A DNA stretch of 62,847 bases, counting the filler. It is 12 parts of 12 records of this genome, joined end to end, with 100 filler letters (N's around TTAATTAATTAA, not from the genome) between each part and the next. Parts side by side here need not be neighbours in the genome. Positions count along the whole stretch, not along the records: positions 40,028 to 49,547 come from SRR7504441_27905; positions 49,648 to 53,857 come from SRR7504441_27914; positions 53,958 to 57,687 come from SRR7504441_27923; positions 57,788 to 62,847 come from SRR7504441_27925; 8 more parts are not named here. One strand, written 5' to 3'. Positions 45,143 to 58,016 of the stretch are shown in pieces. Within the stretch, counting starts at the first letter, position 1; every line of letters starts with the position of its first letter. The notes beneath the pieces are model-generated. The model was not told the DNA's origin, ran no database searches, and saw nothing but the letters and a program-made list of their open reading frames with translations. The position numbers and the translations under genes are program-made.

Positions 45143-48100
45143 ATGAATCCGCTGGTGGAGCACTCGAGCCTGGGGGATGAGCTGGGCGAGGAGGTCGAGA
45201 TCGAGATGCAGCCGTCCCAGCCCGTCGACAGCATGGACGACGAGTCGGCCCAGCTCTCCGACTCGGAGCAGCAGTCGCTTCTCACTGAAAGCCGGCCGAA
45301 GTCCTTCCTCTGCGGGGATCAGGTGCGGCCCAGCCGGCTGCCCGCACTCACTCAGTGCAGAGCGAGTTCCAGTCGCGGGCAGTGCACATCGGGAGGGAAG
45401 CCCCGCGGAACGGGAGTTTCGCGGGCAACGTTATCCGGAACCAAAAGTACTCGCTGCTCAGCTTTGTGCCGGTGGTGCTGTACGAGCAGTTCCGGTTCTT
45501 CTTCAACATGTACTTTCTGGTGGTGGCCCTCTCCCAGTTCATCCCGGCCTTCCAAGTCGGGTATCTGTTCACCTACGTCGCGCCACTGGTGTTCGTGCTG
45601 GGCGTCACGATGCTCAAAGAAGCGTACGACGATTTCCAGCGGTACAAGCGCGACCGGCAGGCCAACTCCACGCGCTACGACCGGCTGCGCGAGGACGGGA
45701 CGGTCGAGTCGAAGAAGTCGTCAGCGCTCAAGGTGAACTGCCCAGGCGTGTCGCGAACTGGTTCAGGTGGGAGACTTGATTGTGCTGCACTCCAACGAGC
45801 GAGTGCCTGCCGACTGCCTGCTGCTCCGCACCGCCGACGACAGCGGCTCGGTGTTTGTGAGGACAGATCAGGTACAGAGCGGCGCTGACGGTGCTGAACG
45901 CTGGGTGCAGTTGGATGGTGAGACCGATTGGAAGCTGCGGCGTGCGGTACCCGGCTGGCTGGCTGAACTAGGGAGGGCTGGCCCGGGGGGCACTGCGAGG
46001 GTGCCTCACGGCCGTGCTGGTGCAGGTGCCTCTAACCCAGCGCCTAGGGAGCGACAGTGCGGTCGTGGAGTGCGTTTCAGAGGTTTTCGCGGAGGTCCGA
46101 GCCGCGGCTGGCCGGGTTGTTAGCGGCTGGACAGGCGCCTAAGAAGGACATTTACGACTTTGCTGGGACGTTTACGGGCGTGGAAGGGTGGGGGAATGGA
46201 GCGAGGGCGAGTTGCGATATGGACAATACCCTGTGGTCCAACTGTGTTCTGGCCACCTCACAGGTCGGGCCCAATCGAGAGGTCGGACCCAACGGTCGGG
46301 CAGGTGCTGGCGGTTGTGATTTATACGGGAGTGGAGACGCGCGCCACGATGAATACATCCGTGCCGGAGTCGAAGATAGGGCTGCTGGATTTGGAGATCA
46401 ACCGCTGCTCAAAGATGCTGTGTGTCTTTCTGCTTCTGATCACGCTCTTGCTTATTCTTGGGAAGGGCTTCGATCACAACTGGTGCGCCCGCCCGACACA
46501 GCGTGCACCTGATACATGTATTATTCTCTGATGTCGTTACGATACGCTGCCCCGCTGACCTCTTACTGGCAGGTGGCTATACATGGTGCGGTTCATGTTG
46601 CTGTTCTCCTCGATCATCCCCATCTCTCTCAGGATAAATCTAGACATGGCCAAGACCTATTATTCCTGGCTCATTAGCCGCGACGAGGAGATCGAGGGCA
46701 CGATCGTGCGGAATTCCACCATCCCTGAGGAGCTCGGGCGGGTGAGCTACTTGTTCTCTGACAAGACTGGCACTCTCACCCGGAACGAAATGATATTCCG
46801 GAAGCTTCACCTGGGTGTCACGCTCTTCTCGGCCGATTCGCTGCACGAGGTGAGACCGAGCCCAGAGGTAGCTGCTAGCAGTCGGGGCAGGTGGCGGAGC
46901 GTCTTAAAGTTGTGTATACTGCGGGGGCGGACGGGCAACCCATGGGGGTGGGGGTGGCCGGGTCCACGTTCGAGGACCACGCCGTGTATGAAATGGCCCG
47001 AGCGATCGCGCTCTGTCACAATGTGACTCCTTCAGTGGATGAGGAGGGGAATGTTGAGTTCCAGGCTGCGTCGCCTGATGAAGTAGCTCTTGTCAAGTTC
47101 GCAGAGTCGATCGGGCTGGGGCTAAGTGCCAGGAGCTTGACCACGGTAGTAGCCGGTGTGTCGGCAAGCTGACTGAGTGGGCCGCAGATGGAGTTGACAA
47201 ACCCTCTTGGTGAGCGGGAGGCTTTTGAAATATTGTACACGTTTCCGTTTACTTCGGAGAGTAAACGGATGGGGATAATCCTGCAGCTGCTATCGTCAAA
47301 GGAGTACATGTTTTATCTGAAAGGGGCGGACACTGTCATGGCAGACTGCATAGTGCCCAGTGAGTGGTTGGAGGAAGAGGTACGCTCCTCTGGGCTCAGC
47401 ACCGTCTCACGAAGCACAGGTTCTAAATCTCGCAAGAGAAGGTCTCAGGACCCTGGTGGTTGCCCAGAAGCCGCTCTCAACCGAGGAGTACGACCAATGG
47501 AAGCGGCATTACGAGGAGGCCCGGTGCTCGGTGGGCGACAGGGCGGGTGCTGTGGCGGTGGCTATGAAGCGGTTGGAATCGGATATGTGTTTGCTGGGTG
47601 TCACCGGTGTGGAAGACGCCCTGCAGGACCAGGTCACACCCCGGCCGTGCTAAGAGCCCTGCTAGCAATGAGTTTATGCCGCTCTAATGATGGGTGTGCA
47701 CAGGTCAAATCCGGACTGGAGACGCTTAGGAATGGCGGGATCAAGGTGCAGCAACTGAATCTAACTGGGCTTTAACGGCAGTTCTAACGGGAGCGGATAG
47801 GTGTGGATGCTAACTGGAGACAAGATGGAGACTGCATCCACCATCGCGCGCTCGTCCAAGCTGGTATCTCGAACGCATTCCCTCCAGACAATCAAGGCCT
47901 CGTCGGTGGCCCAAGTGACTGAGTCCATGTCAGAACTGCGCAAACGACTGCTGTCTACTTGCCCCGTGATAGACGGGAGTTCGCTGGCTGTAGTGCTCAA
48001 CTCTGAGAGTTGCCGCGAGGAATTTGTGCGTCTGGCCATGCAGTGCCCTGCAGTGGTGTGCTGCCGCTGCTCGCCCACGCAGAAGGCGCAAGTTGTCGAA

Positions 48101-48979
48101 CTGGTGAGGCAAGCCTCTGGCATGAGGTGTTGTGCGATTGGAGATGGAGGGAACGACGTGTCGATGATTCAAGCGGCAGACGTCGGGATTGGTATCGTGG
48201 GCAAGGAAGGGATGCAAGCCTCTCTAGCGTCCGATTTCTCGATACTGCAGTTTAAATGCATAGTCAGGCTGCTCCAGTGGCACGGTCGGAACTCATACCG
48301 ACGGTCAGCATCCCTGGCCCAGTTCATTTTCCACCGTGGGCTGGTGATTTCGGTCATCCAGGCAGTGTTTTCTGCGCTCTACTACTTTTCGGCGATTCCT
48401 ATATATAATGGCTGGTTGATGGTCGGTTATTCCACGTGGTACACGATGCTGCCTGTTTTCTCTCTGGTGCTGGATCAAGATGTGAGAGATGACATAGCAC
48501 TGCAGTACCCGGAGCTTTACTTGGAATTGCAGAAGGGCCGTGCACTCAACATGCGCACGTTCCTGCTGTGGTGCTTTCAGAGTGTGTACCAAGGAGGTGT
48601 GATTATGCTGATGTCGGTTGTGTTGTTCGAGGAGTCTTTCTTAAACATAGTTTCCATCACTTTCACAGCGCTGGTGCTCACTGAGCTGATGATGGTGAGC
48701 TGGCTGGGCCTAGCTGCCGCTGATGTGTGTTGGTCCGCATAGGTGGCTATTGAGATCCACACGTGGCACTGGATGATGTTTCTAGCTGAAGGCCTGTCGA
48801 TTGCCTTGTATGTGGTTTCGGTGTTTGTGCTCACAACATATTTCGACATCACCTACATCTTCACTTGGAACTTTTTAGCAAGGGTTTGCTTGATCACACT
48901 AGTATCGTGCTTTCCTGTGGCGCTAGCCAAATTCTTGCAGCGAAAGCTCAATCCCCCGGTCTACGAGAAGTTGCATTGA
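45143..48979 (+). CDS. ATP9: P4-ATPase phospholipid flippase, class II (ATP9/Neo1-like), about 13 introns
   Basis: [84 protein letters not shown]. Confidence 0.93.
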
Positions 48980-49330
48980 AAGACTATAGGATGAATAAAC
49001 GTGTCAGTTTGGCCATGGTCATGAATACGTGTAAGTACATTATTTTATTATAAAAAAGTCGGAGCCTTAATACACTCCACTCCCCAGGCTGCAATCACAT
49101 AGTCATACCTCTACCAACTCCTTTGCCGCTTGCTTGTAGCTTGCTTGTGGTATGTATACGTCAGGCCACGAGGCCATTTTTTTTCATCAGCGCCAGCTAC
49201 ATGTAACTACCAGCTAACTGCTTCTGTTTAGGTTAGCTTCCTGCCATTGGCCAAAGCGCGCAACTCAATTTAAGTTACTCAAACGCAGCTACTTTACATG
49301 TATACGTATTTATAACGTATTTACATACGC

Positions 49331-49547
49331 TTACTGCGCCTCACGGGAAATGACGATCTTGCCAATGGTCTTTCCGGTCTCCTGCATCAGGTGCGCTTGC
49401 TGCATGGAATCCACCGACCAGGGCAGCACTGTGATGTTTGAAGGCGTCAAAGTTCCTCTGTCAATCAGGGCAGCTGCCTCTGTCAGAATGTCGTGCTGCT
49501 TCTCCATGTCAACGCCGTGCAGCGAGCGGGCAAACATAAACTCCCAT
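49331..49547 (-). CDS. C-terminus of a zinc-type alcohol dehydrogenase / quinone reductase-like MDR protein, 5'-partial
   Basis: WEFMFARS...QHDIL...A.LID.G.L...AH...E.G.TIGKIV. Confidence 0.8.
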
Positions 49548-49647
49548 NNNNNNNNNNNNNNNNNNNNNNNNNNNNNNNNNNNNNNNNNNNNTTAATTAAT
49601 TAANNNNNNNNNNNNNNNNNNNNNNNNNNNNNNNNNNNNNNNNNNNN
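49548..49647. other. Artificial contig spacer
   Basis: N44-TTAATTAATTAA-N44. Confidence 0.97.
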
Positions 49648-49729
49648 AACGCCAAGTTCACCACGAATGGCTTTATGCATATATATCCTTTACCATGATT
49701 GTGTACCCCCAAAGATTGACACCTGTAAT

Positions 49730-50611
49730 TTACTCTTCGCCATCATCATCCCCAGTGTTCCGGGTGTAGATCTGTTGGCGAGCGTGTGTCTCCACTGGCC
49801 GGATCAGGCCAGCCTCGAGCAGCTTGGTGATCGCACGGCGTGCTAGGGAGCCGTTGACCTACAGAGCCCTGCTCAGCCGCCAGCCCAGCCATGCAGGACA
49901 CACCTTAAGCCGCTCGGAGATTGCCGAAGGAGTCACAAGTTTGAAGTTCTTGACCTCGGCGAGCATGCGATCGTAGGTCTGCTGATCGAACACCACCAAG
50001 TTGTTAAGCTTCTCACGGACCTTCCCCTTGGACCACTTCTGCAAGCCCACACACACCGGTCAGCAAACAATCCTCGTTCCATGCCACACAGCCCTCGCAC
50101 GGCCATCTAGCCTCTACCCACGACAGCCGGGCGGTCTGTCGACAACTGCGGCGCGCGGAATCGATCACCCTTGCCCACACCGAGGACACTACCAGCCCCG
50201 GCCCGCCCCCCGGGCCCGCCCGTATGAGCCCTGGCTGTCCTGCGGCCCTGTAGAACCCCCCCTGTGCGCTCCCCAGCGCACCCCCCACCCTGCGGATCTA
50301 GGGGTGGTCGTCCGTCGCACACCCCTGCGGCGGCCTTCGAAGCCCGGGCTGTCGCGCCCGCTGCTGGGCAGGGGCGGTGGGCCCTGGCCCGGGGCCGACG
50401 GCACGAGAAGGCGCTGCGATCGGCTGGGCGGCAGGGGATAAGCCGGGGTCGGGGTGCACCTTCTTCTTGGCTCCCGCGCCCTTCTTGGCGCCAGCCTTGG
50501 CTGGGTTCTTGCCCATATCGGCCTTCTTGGAATCCTTCTTGGGTGCCTGCGGAAGCGGGCGGGCTCAGCGACGGCTGGCGGGCACAGCGAGCCGGTGGCC
50601 GCCGCGGCCAT
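49730..50611 (-). CDS. RPS25: 40S ribosomal protein S25 (eS25), 3 introns; start codon not certain
   Basis: APKKDSKK...[25 protein letters not shown]...[21 protein letters not shown]...IYTR; TAA at 49730-49732. Confidence 0.93.
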
Positions 50612-50742
50612 CTAGGCACGGCGCAGGCAAGCAGGCGCGCTCGCATCAGCAATTGGGCCAGCGGGGCGCACCATGGTTAGGACGAGCGACTAGTATTGTC
50701 CGTTGCTCCAACGGCACAGCATCGAGCGCCGGCGCTGTGTGA

Positions 50743-52393
50743 ATGCCTGCCAAGAAGAGGCTGCGGCCCGAGAGCCGCCGGTCGCGGGGCCCGCCAAAGG
50801 TCCGGCCGGGCCACCCAAGCAGCTGGCTGACCGCTGTGCAGCGCAAGCCGGCGGCGCCCGTGATCGAGGACGAGGCTTTGCTCTCTGAGGACACCTCCGA
50901 TGACGAGCCCGAGTCCGAGCCGGAGCCCGAGCCGGAAGCGCGCGAGACGGCCGACGAGAAGCGGATTCGGCTGGCCCGGGAGTACCTCAAGCAGGTGGAG
51001 GACGACGCCGACGAGAGCGACGAGGAGCAAGTAGACGCGCTGCTCCGAGCCGACTCGGTACCCCCCACCCCCTCCGCCCGGGCCAGACCGGGCTGGGCAG
51101 CGGCGGATGGCCGGGAAGACCTACGCCCAGATCGCGCTCAAACTAGCCGCCCCGGTCGAACAGCGCGCGATGCGCGGGCACAGGTGGCCAGGCGGCCGGT
51201 TGGGAGCGATTGGCCGGCAGGTTTCCTGTTACCTGTGTCGCGGTCAGCGCCGACGAGAGGGAGGCGTTCAGCGGATCCAAGGACGCCTCTGTGATCCGAT
51301 GTGCGCTGGCTCGCCGGCGACGGGCCTGAGCCGTTGTCAGGGGATCTAGAGACAGGCAAGGCGTCGTGTAAGTTCTTAGGGGACAAAAAGGGCGTTACAG
51401 GGCATAAAGTAAGTGCAGCCGAGCTGTGCGGGGCCGAGCGGCGGGCGCAGGGGCACGTGCTGGCGCTGGCGGTGAGCTCGGACGACCGGCTGCTGGCCAG
51501 TGGTGGGCATGATAAGACGATCAGGCTGTGGGATCTCCGGAGCAACACCCAGCTCCAGAACGGCCTCAAGGGCCACAGGGATACAATCCAGGCACCTTAA
51601 AACCAGCCCAGCTCCAGCCGAGCTCGCGGGCAGGCGCTTCAGTTCCAGCTCGGGACGCACACGCTCTACTCCGGCTCGAGCGACCGCACAGTCAAGGCTT
51701 GGAACTGTGATGAAATGGGTTATAAGGAAACAGTCTACGGCCATGCGAGCCCCGTGCTCGGGCTGGACTGCCTGCGGCGTGAGCGGCCGGTTAGCGTGGG
51801 GGCGGACTGCACGCTGCGGGTCTGGAAGGTGGGCTGTTGGGGATTGTTGATGGCTGAGCGGATCGTTCTCAGATTGCGGAGGCGAGTCAGCTGATCCTTC
51901 GTGGGCACGCGGCCTCGATCGACTGCTGCTGCCAACTTGACGACCAGCAGTTTGTGAGCGGCTCCCAGGACGGGTTTCTGGCCGGCTTGTGCGCTGCTCA
52001 CTGAGGCTTCCAGAGCAATCTGCCTGTGGACAGCTCTCAAGAAGAAGCCTTCCGCAACGGCCAGCCAGGCCCACAACGGAGGCTGGGTGTCTGCAGTGGC
52101 CGCTGCCAGGTGCCGCGGCCGGCTGGGGCCGAGGTTGAGATCAGAGCAGATACACGGACCTGGTCGCGTCCGGATCCAGTGATGGCGAGATCAGACTCTG
52201 GCAAGTCGGCCAAGGCAAGATCAACCCAGTCCAGTCCGTCAGCGTGCCGGGGGTGGTCAACGGACTGGCTTTCGGGGCGAGCAACAAGCTGCTGGTGGCG
52301 GGAGTTGGGCAGGAGCACCGGTTGGGTCGGTGGGATAGACATTCTGAGGCAAGGAATGGACTGCGTGTGTTCAAGCTCGATTACGACGAGTGA
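50743..52393 (+). CDS. RRP9: U3 snoRNP-associated WD40 protein RRP9 (U3-55K), about 8 introns
   Basis: ETADEKRIRLAREYL, SGSKD.SV..WD..TG, VLALAVSSD, GHRD, ETVYGH, SQLILRG, KKKP, VAGVGQEHRLGRW. Confidence 0.92.
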
Positions 52394-53222
52394 TGCAGCC
52401 TGCGTGAAGTGCCACGGCGCAGCGCTTTATCGCTGACGCAGTGAGTACAGTAGCAAAGGAGTGAAAATGAGAGCTTTAAGCTTTGCGCGGCCCGGCTAGC
52501 TGTTCATGCTCTTCCTGAATGTTCGGTTTTTGTTAATGTGATGGATTAAAACTTCTAAGCGCTGCGAAGCATTGCACAGAATGATTGGTAATTTGGTATA
52601 AGGCAATCCGTGCGTGATGGCTGTATCTTAATTAAGAATTCACACATTCATTGACACTTTTATGTCATCAAGGTCATTCATTAATTAATAGTAGTATCGT
52701 TAGTATCAGTCATTAGGTACTCGTACTTGTTGTGCGTACATGTACAAGTTCACGGGCTGCCATGCCGGCTACGTAGACTAGTTTGTGTGATGTGATTGCT
52801 ACAGTAAATCACGTCGAGCCACATCATCCGAGCGTTGAACTCTGTACATCATTATACATCTTGACATGACATTGTAGCCCTGTCACACAATGCAGATTCA
52901 GTGCTCACAGCCAAGTCTCAAAGCGACACGACATAGACTCGGATCGTGATGCAGAGGGCGGTCAGAATGCAGAATATGGAGATATCAACAGGCCCAGCCA
53001 CATGCTCTTATGCAGAACAGTGACACATGGTTCAGTAAACTCGCCAAGTAACAAATCATCATTCGCCCTATTGGCCATGCACATGGACAAGCAGCTGGCA
53101 CCTCGTCACGCAGCTCGCAGGGCCGCGCCTTGGTCGCTTCAAGCGAGCGTTCTGTTGTGAGCGGGGCCAGCTGATCTTGCTCGAGGTCCATTCCTCGGCC
53201 TCTCAACTAACAAAGTGTGATA

Positions 53223-53857
53223 TCACACTCCCGTCATTGCAGTTCTAAGGCCAGTTGAATCCTCAAGATGCCGCGAAAGCACAAAACTGGAACTGTTGAG
53301 GCCCGTCTTCAGGTCGCCGAGGAACTTCGTCCGTTTGGCGTCCAAGCGGCGCGGATGCAGCCCCGGCAACAGCCGGACCAACGACGGAACGTCGTGGGAG
53401 AACTTGGCACCCGTCCCGTACTTGCCGCGGCTGACAAAGTGCGAGCAGGCTGGCCCCGCAGGTTGGTCGACACTGGTATCCGCGGAGGCCCGAGAAGCCT
53501 GGGCCCACACAGTTCAATCTACAGAGCAGGTACTCCGCCCACGCCGGTGAGGCGCCCCCTGCGCGGGGACAGCCGGGGCTAGCCGAGTGTGCGCTGGCCG
53601 ATCTAGCGCATTCTCATGTCCAAGGCGGCGCAGTTGGCCCGGCCTCGGATGATTTGGAGCGCCGGGTTCAAGAGGCGGCCTTAAGGCGGGAGCTGGCTCA
53701 CCGTGCTGCCATCCCAGATGCGCAAGGTGCACTAGCTCGAGCACAGGCCTGATCGCGTTCTGCCCTGAACGAATCTCGCTTGGCTCGCCTCTCGTGCCGC
53801 CCGAGCCGAGTAACGGCACTCAGCCGCAGAGACTCTCCTTTTCAAACATGGGGAGAG
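53223..53857 (-). pseudogene. Possible degenerate gene with a decayed CCCH-like finger
   Basis: CSHFVSRGKYGTGAKFSHD resembles C-x8-C-x5-C-x3-H but lacks two Cys; no clean reading frame found. Confidence 0.2.
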
Positions 53858-53957
53858 NNNNNNNNNNNNNNNNNNNNNNNNNNNNNNNNNNNNNNNNNNN
53901 NTTAATTAATTAANNNNNNNNNNNNNNNNNNNNNNNNNNNNNNNNNNNNNNNNNNNN
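53858..53957. other. Artificial contig spacer
   Basis: N44-TTAATTAATTAA-N44. Confidence 0.97.
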
Positions 53958-56900
53958 TGAAAAACCAGATCCACAACACCAAAGCTGTTCAAACGCTATT
54001 GCATGTAATTGGGCGTGTAGGGATGCGGCAGCCTGAAGCTTCGCTGCAGCTGATTGAGCTTGCCAGCAGCACTGCACTCTCGCGTCACAACAGGCAAAAG
54101 GCACTTCTTGGTCTGGTCCAAGCTAAGTGCTATAAGCATGGGCCTGTGATTCGAGCACTTAGCAAAATGGCGCAGAACCCTAAATCACGTGTAGAGGCCA
54201 TGGCACTTCATGTGCAGCATGGTTTGATTTCACACTCAGAGCATTGCATGCATGGAAGATATGCAGAAGCGAAACAATACCGAGACCTGCTGCAAAACTC
54301 TGCTCGCAGGCTTGTGAATGCTCACGCTGCCAAGGATGAGCCTCAGATGCTCTTATGGCTGGGTGCAATCAGGAATTCGTATTCTCAGCATCCAGAGGAT
54401 ACACCACCAGTTGCTGCTGTGGCTCGCGATAGTCTACTTTCAACGTCTCTACGGAAGCATGCCATTGAAGCACTGGGAACACTGTACACTACCAAGGCTC
54501 GGGCGCAGCTCGAAGCTCTTGCCCAAGATACCAAGAATTCCCATATCAGTCGGGCTGCAGCTCAGGCATATTTTGGCAAGCACCTAGTTCATGCTGACAA
54601 GCGCAAACCAACTGTTGCACAAGAACAACCGCCGGCTACTGCTTTTACGCAGAGCTGGATTGGGGAAGAGGGCCTGTTGGCGCACTGCTGGCAGTTCAGT
54701 GGTGGGGTAACCACTGCTGGCAATTGCAGTTTGACTAACCTGGCCGACAGCCTCGGGGAAGATCGGCTAACAGCGGCGGGATTCCCACCTGAAGTGACAG
54801 GCACGCACAGGTACACTGGTGTACTGGCCAATAATATACTTGGTGTATTGGCCAATATCCAGGGTGCAGCTACCTTGTTGTTAAATGCAGTCAGAGGATT
54901 GCCGAGCACCCAAGCGGCCTATACGGCTGCTTTGGCAGCCAGATCTGCAGCGTCCCAAACGGTCGACAATTGGATTGCCAGCCAGCAAGCAGCTACCACC
55001 CTGCAAGACGCAGAGAACACAGAGCAATCAGCAGCACGCGCACTAGCAGAAGCAGAAGCAGCGCTGAACACATTTCACGTACGTGCACAGGAGTTCCAGG
55101 CAGAATGCTCCACGGCATTGACGAGTGCCGAGGCCGCAGAGGGTGCTGAAGATGCAGGCCTGCATGAGGCGCAGGAGGCGGCGTCTGCTGCGCAGCAGGC
55201 ATTAGATAAAGCCATCCAGGACAACGAAGGAAGGGTCACGGACATTACGGAAGCCACGGACATTAGTCCTCTAATCGCGACAGTTCGGGAAAAAAACTCT
55301 GCACTGAGACAGGCACAGGACAACAAAAGGATGTCACAAATAGGTGCAGAAGGTATCAGACAAGTTCGGCAGGAGACAAGCATAAAAGATCTTGATACAG
55401 AGATTGAACGAAGACAACAGGAGGTTAACGAGCTTAATCACCGAATACAACAACTGGAGCACGGAAGGGACATGAATGGAGCGCTAAGCGAGTGGAGCAC
55501 GGAAAGGCTCAGCAGTGCCACACACGCGAGAGATGAAGCCGCAACCAGGCTAGAGCAAGACCAGGAACATCGCGACCTTTCCCGTGAATTGCGCGAATCT
55601 GAAACAAACAGAGCAACGCTAGCACGAAACCTGTACAACGCCCAACGTTACGCCAGAATGTCAGAAAACAACGTACTGGACGCACAACAAAACCTGAACA
55701 ACATGGAAACCTCACCGAGTTCGCTGACTGCAGACCATGAGAACGCAAGAAACCAGCTTCAGGCTGCTCAGAATGTACAGAGCAACAATCAAGCAGCGGT
55801 GGACGTAGCCAGAGGGTCGCTGCTTGATATGGATCTTGAGGTGGCTGAGCGTACTCTTGCTCAGGCACAGAGAAACGTTGAACGAGCAACAGCAATTGGT
55901 GACAGAGCAGTCGAGGCTGCCAACGCTGCATTGGAGCAGGCCAATTTAAATGGCGGCAACGTGGCAGAAGCAGAGGCTGCTGTGAAACAAGCAACTGATG
56001 CAAGGCAAGGCTTGATAAGTGAAGCCAACAATTTCGTGGAACAGTCTCAGGAGCGACGAAACACGGCAGAACAACAAAGGATGAGTCACGGGTCAGCGAG
56101 TTGGATGAGTCACGGGGGAGCGAGTTCGCAAACTGGCGTCGTAATGAACACCCATCCCCTGGACAGCTCCTCACATCAAGCCTCAGCCGCGGGTAGCTTT
56201 ACTATCGAGAAGACGTGGCCGCTGCCAAAATCTGGCCGGTTCCAGGCAGAGCCCAAGATTTTCCTTGAGGCGGGGAGCGAGATGGGGTCGGATATAGTCA
56301 CCATGAAAGCGGGTGGTTCTCTTGATGTGAAGCTATGGAGGTTCACTCTCGCTCCTGTTACTGAACTAGCTGTCGAAAGAGGAGAAGCCCCTGGCGGGGG
56401 TCCTATGATGGATTATTATCTCAAGGTCCTTGGCCTGAAGATATGGCCAGAGTACGGACTTGGGTGGGAGCAACTAGCAGATGCTGCATGGCAACTAGCA
56501 GAACAGAACTATGAAAATCAAGTCGACAATTGGAATACTAATCATAGTGCGACCCCAACCACTGGGTTCTGTCAGACCGACACAGATACTGCTGGAAGTG
56601 GGGACCTGTCACACGGCCCACTGGAAATGGGGTCAGAGTACCCATGTATCAAGCAGGAGAAATCAAGTGTGAGGCGCCCACATCAGAGGATGGGGTCACT
56701 CTTACGGGTGACATTGGCGAGGGCGCACAGGGGTTTGAGGCCTCAGGCATATACAAGATAAGGGCTGTGACAGCTGATGGGATCGACCGTTGGTTGGCAG
56801 CATGGGGCGGAGACGGAGCTTCTAGGGACGCACATTCGTCCTTTCTGACACTGACCTCAGATCCAAACAAAGCCACTGTTTGGAATGTTCAGCCCGGAGA

Positions 56901-57687
56901 CGGAGAACAAACTCACCGCATCACCACCACCAAGCTCGGATCAGAGAGAACTGCCCCTGCAGGCTGGAGCATGGCAGTTTGGAGGAAGCCACAACATTCC
57001 CACCAGTATGTTTTCCAGGAACCAGACCTTGACCGGTGCGAATTAGGCTGTAAACAGCAAAATGCTGATACTTACAATTGCCATGAATGGAATAACCATC
57101 ACAGCAATTGGTATCGAAGGAACTTGCACGTGGCAGATACACCTGAAGAGTATTTTACAAGTGAATGTAGCTGCTGTGGTGGCACAGAGGAGCAACAACA
57201 AACCTGCAAACATGTGTGTCCAATGCTGCAAACAGAAAAGGGGATGAGGGCTGCAGCACACAGTGACCCCTACTGGGGCATGGAATGGAAAATCCAGGAA
57301 GTGCCGTCTGGCAATAGGACGTTTTCTATCAAGACTCATAATGGGCCATCTGGCGACGACATGCCTGCTGGGATGGCTCTAGCTCACTCCGTGTACGGTG
57401 GAGGGGCCATTATGGAGATGGAAACCAATTCTGATGCGTGGTGGGTATTTGCAGCAGAGGGCCCAGAAAAGTATCTCGAAGCAACCTGGTCTATCGGCTG
57501 GCAGTTTGACGAGGAGGATATTGCTGATTGGGGTGAGCGCTTCAACTACGAATTTGATGGCTGCTGCGGCGGGGATGTTGTCGTGGGGGATCGATCGTGG
57601 CAAGAAGCCAGGATGATGATGGGCGACAGAAGTGTCATCGACTGTGCTCTCCAATGCACCGCCGACACCTCATGCATCGCGTTTGAG
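53958..57687 (+). CDS. Very large mosaic, probably extracellular protein (helical-repeat region, long coiled coil, beta-rich and Cys-rich/PAN-like modules); partial at both ends, frame change near 56570-56640
   Basis: Overlapping 920-aa and 363-aa ORFs; LGAIRNS...LRKHAIEALG helical repeats; A/E/Q-rich heptads; DCALQCTADTSCIAFE PAN-like start at the 3' end. Confidence 0.6.
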
Positions 57688-57787
57688 NNNNNNNNNNNNN
57701 NNNNNNNNNNNNNNNNNNNNNNNNNNNNNNNTTAATTAATTAANNNNNNNNNNNNNNNNNNNNNNNNNNNNNNNNNNNNNNNNNNNN
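57688..57787. other. Artificial contig spacer
   Basis: N44-TTAATTAATTAA-N44. Confidence 0.97.
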
Positions 57788-58016
57788 AGGCGCCCAACGC
57801 ACAAGGTTCGGGGCTGCAGCATGGTTAGCCAACGCAGGGCGTGCAGCATGGTTCGAGCGCACGGTTACAGGTCCGATTTATTGTTTATTAGTAGACTACC
57901 AGGTAGGCACTCAGCATCGACACAGTATCGACACAGTGTGTTTAGCGCTGCGTCCGTCACGTTCCGAACGCGTAACATGAAGTGCGTGTACTGTAGCGGC
58001 CATTGCTTTGTAATAT

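Noticed and set aside
8087-57787. Eleven identical TTAATTAATTAA elements flanked by N runs, as a repeat family or CRISPR-like array
   Set aside because: They are fixed 100-bp synthetic contig linkers with stops in six frames. No synteny can be inferred across them.
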